Below are positions 12,382 through 22,055 of a DNA stretch of 64,000 nucleotides, piece after piece. The DNA lies in assembly GCF_006345805.1 (NCBI RefSeq), contig NC_043005.1, positions 33,666,001 through 33,730,000 on the forward strand, given 5' to 3'. Positions within the stretch are counted from its first letter, which is position 1. Every line of letters starts with the position of its first letter. Position numbers and translations under genes: made by a program. The notes beneath the pieces were generated by a model, which had not been told where the DNA came from, searched no databases, and saw only the letters and a program-made list of their open reading frames with translations. The DNA comes from Octopus sinensis. Taxonomy: Eukaryota.

Positions 12382-13500
12382 TCACACCTTGAGTTTATGA
12401 ACCCATCGCCTGTGATTATGTAGCTGTATGAGATTGCCTAAGCCTCGTCCACATTCTCGACAATGAACAGGTGTGCAATTTCTCTTTCGGTGCTGATCAA
12501 AGTAGTATTTGCATATAAAACAATATTTACACTTGTCACAGAAAAACAGGCCTTCACCATTATGCTTCTTTTTAATGTGCAGCTTTAGAGAATATAACCG
12601 AAAGAAGGTTTTTTTACACTTGCTGCATTGGTGCTTGGCTTCTTCATGCACACCAATCATATGCCGCTGGCAGGCAGATCGATTGGGAAACTTCATGCCA
12701 CATATTGCACATGTGTCAGAGGTCACAGCATATTTTTTGGGTACTGTTGAAACAATTTTTACAACCTCTTTCTCATCAGAACTGCACACTTCCTCAGTGA
12801 CTGTATACTCTTCCCCTATAGTTTGTACCCCAACATCGAGGTATGTATTCCCATAGCCATCAGCTGAGACAACTTCTAGAGGAATGCAACTTTCTTCAGT
12901 TTCAATGTCCTTCTGAATAAGAATAATGTTAGATTCAGCTGGATTAAGCATTTCATGCACCCTCATAGAATTATCAACAGCTTCAACAAGGCATTCTTTA
13001 TCTGCAGGTTCACCAGAAGCAGTTACTGTTTCTTCATTTTCTACTTTTACCTCAGAATCAGAAACCAAACTAATCAGTTGAATTTGCATATGCCATTCAT
13101 CTCCCAACTCACCAACTGTTTGTATATTTTCTGTTTTCACATCAGTGACAAGACCTGTGGTATCTATATCACCATTGGCAACCATCTGCATATGCCAGGC
13201 AGTATCCAATTCTGTGTAGCCAGATTCAATTACAGTCTGTTGTGACACAACAGAATCATCGTCTGATGGCTGATTGAATGATAAACAGCCCTCAAGTATT
13301 ACTGTGTTTTCATCAGTGACACCATCTGATGAAATAATAGTTTCTGTTTCTTCATCAGGGCTCTGGTTAGCAATTAGCATTTCAGAATTGTTTCCTTTTT
13401 CTAAATTAAGAGTGCAGTCAAGATCTGAGGACTCTAAGTTGCTGTCACGGATATTTGAGATAATCAAGCCACACTCATGGCTTGCCGAGTCAACTTCCAT
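12382..13500 (-). CDS. C2H2 zinc-finger protein, 372 aa: long acidic N-terminus plus 4 C-terminal fingers (putative transcription factor)
   Basis: Uninterrupted ORF. Fingers CAICGMKFPNRSACQRHMIGVH, CSKCKKTFFRLYSLKLHIKKKH, CDKCKYCFICKYYFDQHRKRNC (C2HC) and CRECGRGLGNLIQLHNHRRWVH. Splice acceptor ttcatctttttatag|G opens the exon at 13541; donor CAG|GTGAGT closes it at 12331. Confidence 0.92.
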   Translation of the reverse strand: MEVDSASHECGLIISNIRDSNLESSDLDCTLNLEKGNNSEMLIANQSPDEETETIISSDGVTDENTVILEGCLSFNQPSDDDSVVSQQTVIESGYTELDTAWHMQMVANGDIDTTGLVTDVKTENIQTVGELGDEWHMQIQLISLVSDSEVKVENEETVTASGEPADKECLVEAVDNSMRVHEMLNPAESNIILIQKDIETEESCIPLEVVSADGYGNTYLDVGVQTIGEEYTVTEEVCSSDEKEVVKIVSTVPKKYAVTSDTCAICGMKFPNRSACQRHMIGVHEEAKHQCSKCKKTFFRLYSLKLHIKKKHNGEGLFFCDKCKYCFICKYYFDQHRKRNCTPVHCRECGRGLGNLIQLHNHRRWVHKLKV

Positions 13501-13789
13501 AATGATGTTTCATACCGCAAGAAATAAATATATGTTTGCACCTATAAAAAGATGAAATAAAAAACAATATCATTACATTTGAAAATCACAATACCTGCAA
13601 CATCATTATCAATATAGCGAAGGATGCCATCATGCATTGCACAATCTGCAGTCCCTACCCTTCCTACTGTAATTGATTCTTTTAGTCCATTTTCTACAGA
13701 ATCTCTACAAAATCCACTTTTCTTCACTTCTTGGCCAAAACGATTTTGTGAACAGTATTCCTGCCAAGACAACCTCTACATTTCCTCTC

Positions 13790-14560
13790 CACCTCACACA
13801 CTAAAACTCCTCTATTTCTATCCCATTCTACTCCATCAGGTGTGAAAATACATTCACATGCTTGAAATTAACATGGCCACCAGCCTGATATTATCTCTTC
13901 CATAACTTTGAAATAGAGCTACCCTCTATCCTCGCCAAATTATCAATCTCTTTCTCACTTAACAGATTACTCAATCTTTGGAAACATGTTACAATGTGAC
14001 CCAATTTCCAAGAACTGCAACCCCTCTATTCTTGCCAACTAAGAATCTTCTTGCACTCACTTCTAATAACTTAAAAGTGATGAAGACAGTCACTAACAAC
14101 TAACTTCTTGAATCTCTTCTCTTTCTCTCTCTTCTTAAAGTTTGTCCCTGATACCAGCAATTCCCTGGTGTGTACCACATCTGCTCTTAAAACCAGCTAA
14201 CTGTGGTCTCTGCCTGTCTTTCATCTCTTCAATCAAATTACCAACACAGTATGAACAGATGAAACTCTCTCTCTCTCTATTGTTGTAATCCAACATTCAG
14301 GTCCCACCCCACTTCTTTGTCCAATATCTTAATAATCTATTTGTTATCACCATCAACAATGCCCACTCCTACACAGATTACACTACCCTTTAGTCATCCC
14401 CAATCTTCTACATACAAGCATCATTCTCATATATCTAAACTCTTTAAGCCATATTGACCAGATGAGCAGAGACCTTGAAAACATCCAGCAATGGAGTCAA
14501 TCCAGTTTTGTTTGCCTCAACAATAGAAAAAACATAAACAAACAATCACTGCACATCTCA
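13790..14560 (+). mobile_element. Very old Penelope-like RT remnant (tentative)
   Basis: C/T-rich degenerate tract. The segment MPTPTQITLPFSHP resembles the PLE KPT.T..YL.F.S.HP motif. Confidence 0.3.
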
Positions 14561-14795
14561 AGAAAAGCATTATGATACTCCCCACAAAATGAACAGACTG
14601 CAACTAGAACCCACACAACCCTTTCAAATAGGTTCCACCATCAATAAAGATCACTCCTGGTGGACACACACAGTGTTGCTATAAAAAAGGCTATATCTCA
14701 AAGACTGATTTTCTTCTTCAGAACCAGAAAATATCACAGCTCCCAATAAGTATTAACCATCAATAAAACTTAGGTGGTGGATGAGGTGGGTACAA

Positions 14796-15050
14796 TGGAG
14801 TACTCATCCTTCCCCATCTGGAATGGTGCTGCTGTTATGTACATAGTCATCCTGGATCATATCCAAAGAAAGGCAACTTATCTGATTGGTATAAAGTCAT
14901 TCACCAACATCCTCCAACCTCCAGCCTACAGATAAAGTGTCTCCTCCTCCTGTCTTTTTTATTACTACTATAGTGGTCTCTGCTCTTGGTTTCCTGTTCC
15001 CACCATTCAGGCTACACCACTTTTTCTGTCCTCTACAGACCCACACTAAA
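14796..15050 (+). mobile_element. CR1/L2-group LINE RT C-terminal remnant
   Basis: Translates to MEYSSFPIWNGAAVMYIVILDHIQRKATYLIG...LQPPAYR*...YYYYSGLCS, matching the typical MEY.S..W.G...LD.VQRKA..LIG...HRR...FY.YY.G.CS end of such LINEs. Confidence 0.65.
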
Positions 15051-16559
15051 CATTACACCTAAATCCTTCTTGCCCTAGATGTTGGATTCCCATGTTTTTC
15101 CTGAAACCATCAAACTGGAACAGCTATAGTAGTACACAGCATCAATCCCACCAGTCTGGAGTACTTGTGAAGGACATGGACCCAACCTCTCCTTCCAGAT
15201 CAAATCACTAACAATAAAAAAAATGTCATGTTTGAAGATACAAAGCGAGATGTTAACTGAATCCAAATCTAGTGAAAACTGAAGGCAGAAATGTGCAACA
15301 GTGACTATTCCCCATTTTACAGCACATCAAATTAGGAAAAACATGAGTGAAATATATTTTATTGACATGAGTATGTGCAAGCATGGCTGTGTGGTTAAGG
15401 AGCTGGCTTCCCAATTACATGGTTTTGGGTGGCACCTTGGGCAAGTGTCTTCTACTATAGCTCCAGGCAGAATAAAGGGTATTTGAGTGGATGTGATAAA
15501 AAGATACTGAAAGGAACCAGTGTGTGACAGTATATATATATTCTAACGTTCACAGAGCCATACCTGTACCAATTATATACATATCTACCTAACTATATAT
15601 ATATGCATAAATGTAATTGTTTTCCCAAATAAACAGCACTTCATGTCTGAGGCTCTGATGAAGCTATAAGGTGTTACTCAGGCACTCAAGTATAAGCCCA
15701 CTGCATTTTATAGCAGAAACAGCTGAAAGCTATTGAAGTTCATAAGATAATTGTTTATTCCTTTGTTATTTCATTTTCTTAATATTCCTCAGTAGTTGAC
15801 TAATGCTCCTTTCTGAAGTACATGTATTCTGAGTTCTATACTAAGTTATTAGTTTCACAATGCCTAAGCAATACACACATACACAATCAAATTCATGATC
15901 ATCATCCAATGTCCATGCTCCATGCTGATATAATCTCAATGATCTCACACACATACATCATATGTGTGTATGTATGTCTCCTTGCCTTGACATAGTGTGT
16001 TAGTTGTAAATGAGTGCCACTTGTTTCTAAACTTTTGAGAAAACATATCTGACCATGGTGAATTACCTTGATTGGAAATAGGTAAAGGTTAGGAACAAGA
16101 AGGGCAGCTGGTCCTAATAAATCAACCTTAAATTTCATCTGGCTCACACAAGCATGGAAAACAACAATGACAGTAATGATAGAAGGCTGAAAGTTAACAA
16201 CAGTATGATTTGAACTCATCAACTAAGTGGGTAGAAATAGACACTAAGCAGTATTTATAAAAATAATTGTTGCTAAAATAGGCACAGGGAATGACATTTT
16301 AAGGAAGGAGCTAGCTGGTACCATCAACCCCAGTACTGGACTGGTGGCAGAATTTAAATATAATAATATATTGTAAAGTGATTGGCATTAGGAAGGACAT
16401 CTAGCCATAGAAACCATGCCAAAACAGACAATAGAGTTTGGCACAGCACTCCAGGTTACCAACATAGAGAATGGATGATAAACAATGATGAATAATGATG
16501 TTTTACACTTATACTACTACTGCTACTAATAATAAAAATAATGATTTCTTATTAATATC

Positions 16560-16914
16560 ATCATCATCGTCATTTGACGTCTGTTTTCCATGCTGGTTTG
16601 AGTTGCTTGGTTTGACAAGATCTGGTGTACCACAGAGTTGCATTGTGCTCCATAAAGATTAAGCTTCGCCGGTGGCACGTAAAAAGCACCATCCGATCGT
16701 GGCCGTTTGACAGCCTCGTCTGGCACCTGTGCCGGTGGCACGTAAAAAGCACCCACTACACTCATGGAGTGGTTGGCGTTAGGATGGGTATCCAGCCGTA
16801 GAAACATTGCCAGATCAGACTGGGCCAGGTGCAGCCTTCTGGCTTCCCAGACCCCAGTTGAACCGTCGACCCCATGTTAGCATGGAAAGCGGACGCTAAA
16901 CGATGATGATGATG
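16560..16914. mobile_element. Two family A short retroposon pieces in opposite orientation (older minus 16560-16650, younger plus 16666-16914)
   Basis: catcatcatcgtcatttgacgtctgttttccatgct at the left end and gcatggaaagcggacgctaaacgatgatgatgatg at the right end. Confidence 0.8.
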
Positions 16915-16979
16915 AAGCAAAGGTAAGACAATGATAATAAAGCTAGATTAACACCTAACTACACAATTTACTACAGCTT

Positions 16980-19400
16980 TGTGTTAAGCACTAGAGAGAA
17001 AAAATTCTTCAAATTATTCCCCAATCGCGCAGAAAATTAACATTGCTATAATAGATTTGAAAATAAAGTTAACCGCTCAATTTCCCCATTATTAACTAGT
17101 TTCCATTGTATCAAAGAAAAGAAAAAAAGTGAACGAACGAGTTTCCAACAAATCAAAAGAACCTATCGATTAGAAATCTCAGAACCATATATACAAACCA
17201 ATTCTGAGAGGGTACAATTCTAGTGACTATACTTAACTGCACAATATATTGAGAAATTTTCGATATAATTATAATTCCTCGATATGGGCGTTTACAGAAT
17301 TTCGTTTCATGCAACCTCTGTAAACTGTTAACATTAAAAAAAATATTCACCTATTATTTGATAAAATGTGGAATCTGTGTGCAAATTGGTGAAATGTACA
17401 TTTCACCATATTGAGGAATTTATCGTCTAAACAGCGTTTTCAGTCTGAAGGTTTTTGCTATTAAAACCTAGAGACGTAAAATACGCAAATGTCAATAAAA
17501 ATATTGGGTCTTAACAACCAAACTTCCTCCCCTTTACCTACTCTTCCAATTCCTCAAAGAGGGAACATTTCCACAAAAAAGGAAGGAAAACATTTGGAAA
17601 TTGTTACAAAAGACCAGCTTAGCAGTTTCGACATAAAAAATACCAATAATGATGATTTATGGTGAGGAGACGTAAGACCTTGTAGAAACGAGCAATATCA
17701 TATTGGTACCAGTCAACACCGAGCCTATGATTAAACGTATTCCATCCATGACCATGTCAGAGATGTGTAACTGGGACTACAGTATCTAAAGTGTCCTCAC
17801 ATTTTTTAAGAGTATGATTAGGGGAAGGTTTATTCGCTATTTCTAACAGACCAATAGACAAACAATATAGAGGATCAGTAACTGGTGAATAATACCTATT
17901 TTACCAATACCGGAAGGATGAAAGGGAAGGCCCAAAGTCGACAGGGGAAAACCGACCTCTGTAATTATGGAGTTATGTATTTGATCACATTCTACTTTTC
18001 TTGTCTCCAAGAAACTACACGAATGAAATGTCTACAAAAGGAGGAGAAGGTAATATTGATACTGAAAAGTGACTGAGAACAAATAAGGAAAATCTTCGTT
18101 TCATTTAAAGAAGTTTATGTATTTGGTAGAATTCTCTTTCGTCCGATAACTGGAACAATATTTCAAGAATAAGGCTCTAAAATATTTGGTCTTTTACAAT
18201 ATTTAATACATACAAAAACAGGAAAAGAACAGCGATCTAATTAGGTAGGCGTTAGAATGTATTTAAGTAGTTGATGACCATTATGATCTGATCAGAATTA
18301 TAATTTACATCATAAAATATAGAGAGAAAGGAGGGAGATCGAGCAGAGAAGTGGATTAAGATAATCCTAGTAAGTTAAATACAACAAAGACTGAAGTAAC
18401 AAAATACAGGAAATGCTAAGTAAATAAAACTAACGAAGACATATGAATGATATACAATGTTGAAATTTGATCTTGTTGCAGATTAATAGAAGACAATTGC
18501 TTAATATAATTGATTATTATAGCAAGAAGAGTGTTATATCCAGGATTGACGTCATTTAAAGTAAAGGAACAAAGATTATGAAATCGCCTCTCAGATGTGA
18601 CTGTTTTAATAAATAAAAATAAATACAAAAAGAAAAATACATCTAATCAAGGAAAACATCAAACCGTAATTAACGAAGAATATAAGCCGATATTATAAAG
18701 AATTCTCAATAAAAAATCTTTTCAGAAAAGACAATTATAGAACACAATGCCAAACTGGCCAATAAATATTTGTTATAATGTTTATAAACATAACATGAAA
18801 TATATAAATATCAGCAATAATTACAACAAAGCCTACAAATACTTACCTTTAAATAATTATTTTTGTTGGAAGTTTTCACAAGAAATATAATCTGGCAAAA
18901 TTTGTAAAGTTATTTGAATGAAAGAAAATCATTTATTTGAAGAAAACCAGATTTTTAAAAACTATTGACACCTTATTATCTCCCTTGACTAAAGAACCTG
19001 AAAAGGTAGATGAACCGTATCACGATGTCTTGAGTATTCTGATTTGTTGAATTTTGTTTGCTAAAATAACAAGCTTTTTCATTGGTTTAACTTACTGTAG
19101 TATCTAACTAGTCCGTGTAATTAATTATCTTGATAGTTCTATTTTTTCAGATCATTTATAACAACATGGAGCTGTAGACAGGCATCTATTTATTTATATA
19201 TAACGCATTTTGTGAACAAGAGCGTCGTTGGTTACAAGGATCCAATGGACTAATTGATGGTCCAATGCATTTACGTTCATGAAGTAACAAGGAATCATGA
19301 ATGCAACACAGACGGAATAAATAGCACCGGATATTTTTATTAGTTTGCACCGATTTAGCTATTTTTCGCGCCGTAATACATATCTGAGAATATTTTCAAT
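16980..19400. promoter_or_regulatory. CpG-retaining island; candidate bidirectional promoter and first non-coding exons
   Basis: I count 14 CpG in 16981-17500 versus 0 in 13981-14520. Outward-facing donors: TAG|GTGAAT (minus, exon end 17351) and ATG|GTGAGG / GAC|GTAAGA (plus, 17661/17671). Both genes have an acceptor upstream of their ATG, so both need an upstream exon. Confidence 0.5.
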
Positions 19401-19469
19401 AGTAAATATCAACAAAATATAAACACACATTTATATGTGTATTTGTGTGATGTATATATATATATATTT

Positions 19470-20526
19470 AGTACACAAACTTCGATGAGTAAATTTTGAT
19501 CCTTTCACCCGCACAATTTTCACTTAGAAAGAAAAAAAAAACTCGCATTTTTTGCGTGGAATCAAGTACCATGACCGAGGCTAATGCAATTTCGCACCTC
19601 TCCTTGAAAAATGCATTTTTTGGAAAAAAAATTCGGATTCCTACGTTATAGATATCGGAGACTACGAATATGCAAAAAAATTTCTTTTTTATTTCATCAC
19701 TCCTTTCCTTCACCCAATTTAAATTTTTGATTTTGTTTACTTTAAAGAAATCGTAGCGACTTGACGAACACATGCAAATCAAAATTAAATACAAAAACAT
19801 TAACGTGAAAAGAACTAGCGTTTTACTTGTGTTTGCCTTAAATAATCGTAAATAATAATTAATGTAATGTAAATACACCAGCAAAACAAGCATTAATGTT
19901 TAATAATTAATGTAATAAAGATGCAGCACGGATTTTTGTCAGTGAACAGGTCGCGGTCTTATAGCGACGAAAATATTTTGACAAATAAAACTTAAATGTT
20001 GAAGTGAATCGAACGGCTTCTGTGTGTTTCTTAAATAGCTTACAAACACCTTCCACGCTGCAATTGTTTTCGTTCCAGCACACGATCTCAGATCAAATCA
20101 CTTGCTATGCAAGTACATCTCTGTTATAAAGTTTAATGGTAAAATTCAATAGGGGCTCAAATTTCACCCTTCCCCCAATTTTAAATTTTGAACTTTTTCA
20201 TCCATTTATTTATCTATCTGTCAATATATCCCTGTCCGTTCATTCATAAAATATATTTGTTAACTAAATGTGGCGGTCCGAGAAGACGGTGTTACTGTTG
20301 TTTTTAACCCCAGGAAGACATTCATATTCTCTTATTCTTTTACTTGTTTCAGTCATTTGACTGCGGCCATGCTGGAGCACCGCCTTTAGTTGAACAAATC
20401 GACCCCAGGACTTATTCTTTGTAAGCCTAGGACTTATTCTATCGGTCTCTTTTGACGAACCGCTAAGTTACGGGAACGTAAACACACCAGCATCGGTTGT
20501 CAAGGAAGGGGACAAACACATACACG

Positions 20527-20623
<97 letters not shown>

Positions 20624-21430
20624 GACGGGCTTCTTTCAGTTTCCGTCTACCAAATCCACTCAAGGCTTTGGTCGACCCGAGGCTATAGTAGAAGACACTT
20701 GCCCAAGGTGCTACGCAGTGGGACTGAACCCAGAATCATGTGGTTGGTAAGCAACCTATACATATCTATATGCTTATTGAATTTCTTGCATATTCGGAAT
20801 CTCCGTCATCTAAAACATACAGAAAAAATTTCGAAAAAGTTCAAAATTTTAGGGGGTGGGGTAGAAGCGGGGAGTGGGTTTAAACATTTTTTTATTGCAT
20901 ATTCGTAATGTCCGACATCTAAAATGTAGGGATACGAAAAAATGCATATTTCAAGGAGAGGTGCGAAACTGCATTAGCCCACCCCACCCTAATATGCTGC
21001 AAACTCCTTATTTTTATTCAGGAAAAAAGTGGTGTTGGTGGGGAAATATTTTTTTTTCATTGAATGAATTCCGGTGACCTCCAAATATACTACAAAACCC
21101 CTTTCTGGGTTCGGAAAACGGGCTGGGGTTATGTGGAAGCCTCGTAAATTTAGCAACGAACCCCCATTGATATTTTCACCTGCACGATTTTCACTAAGAA
21201 AAAAATTTAAAAACCTCGGATTTTTTGCATGGAATCAAGTACCCTGACCTAATATGCTGCAAATCTCTTATTTTTGTTTGGAAATATTGGAAATTTCTTC
21301 AATTTTTTGTTGACTGAATTACAGTGACCTAATATGCTACAAAACCCTGTTTTGAGTCCGGAAAACAGGGTGAGGTGGAAGCCTCGGAAATTTCACCTTA
21401 CCCCCATTTTCAAATATTTTTTGCTATTTC
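19470..21430. repeat. Unclassified non-autonomous repeat modules with internal duplications, interrupted by a SINE
   Basis: The motif ttcacc.gcac.attttcact.agaa...ttttttgc.tggaatcaagtacc.tgacc occurs at about 19503-19576 and 21175-21249. The taatatgctgcaaa / ggaaaac..gg..ggaagcctcg.aaattt blocks are duplicated between 20990-21150 and 21250-21395. Confidence 0.5.
20325..20756 (-). mobile_element. Near-intact tRNA-derived SINE (family B) with a long internal (CA)n(TA)n tract
   Basis: Reverse complement of the 4799-5172 family. CpGs are retained, suggesting a young copy. Microsatellite at 20520-20622. Confidence 0.85.
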
Positions 21431-21711
21431 TTTCTTTACCCATAATTTTGGATAACATTTTGCAGAAATGAATTTTCGAGAGAGTGTGGATTACATTAGA
21501 CTAAAAATTCAAAGAAGTTTGAAATGAATAAGTGAAAATGCAGAGGTTATAGAAGTTAGTGGTAACGAAGTGTGTGGAGAGATAAAGAATGATAAATAAT
21601 TCATCAAAAAAAAAAAACGTTAAGAGTTTTTGCAGGTGTGTGTGAAACGAAGTAAAACAAAAATATCTTTTTCTTACCTCTTAAAATACCTGGATATAGT
21701 ATATATAATCA

Positions 21712-22055
21712 TCATCATCATCGTCGTTTAACGTCCGTTTTCCGTGCTAGCATGGGTTGGACGATTTGATCGGGGTCTGGGAAGCCAGGTGGCTGCACCA
21801 GGCTCCAGTCTGATCTGGCAGTGTTTCTACAGCTGGATGCCCTTCCTAATGCCAACCACTCCGTGAGTGTAGTGGGTGCTTTTTACGTGCCACCAGCACA
21901 GGTGCCAGGGGAGGCTGGCAGTGGCCATGATCTGTTGGTACTATTTATGTGCCACCGGCACGGAAGCCAGTCAAGGCAGCACTGGCTTTGGCCACGTTTA
22001 GATGGTGCTTTTTGCATGCCACCGACACGAGTATCACAACTACAATTTCCATCTG
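21712..22055 (-). mobile_element. Family A short retroposon with (GAT)n tail
   Basis: catcatcatcgtcgtttaacgtccgttttccgtgctagcatgggttggacg plus ggtgctttttacgtgccacc subrepeats. Confidence 0.85.

Noticed and set aside
12331-12384. Alternative frame after the ZF stop reading VTCPIINQG, like a fifth finger reached by frameshift
   Set aside because: The second Cys and the His pair are missing, there is no slippery site, and spliced continuations hit stops.
19468-19893. 141-aa minus-strand ORF near the candidate promoter
   Set aside because: Phe/Lys/Ile-rich AT-biased composition inside a repeat module, with no recognisable motif.
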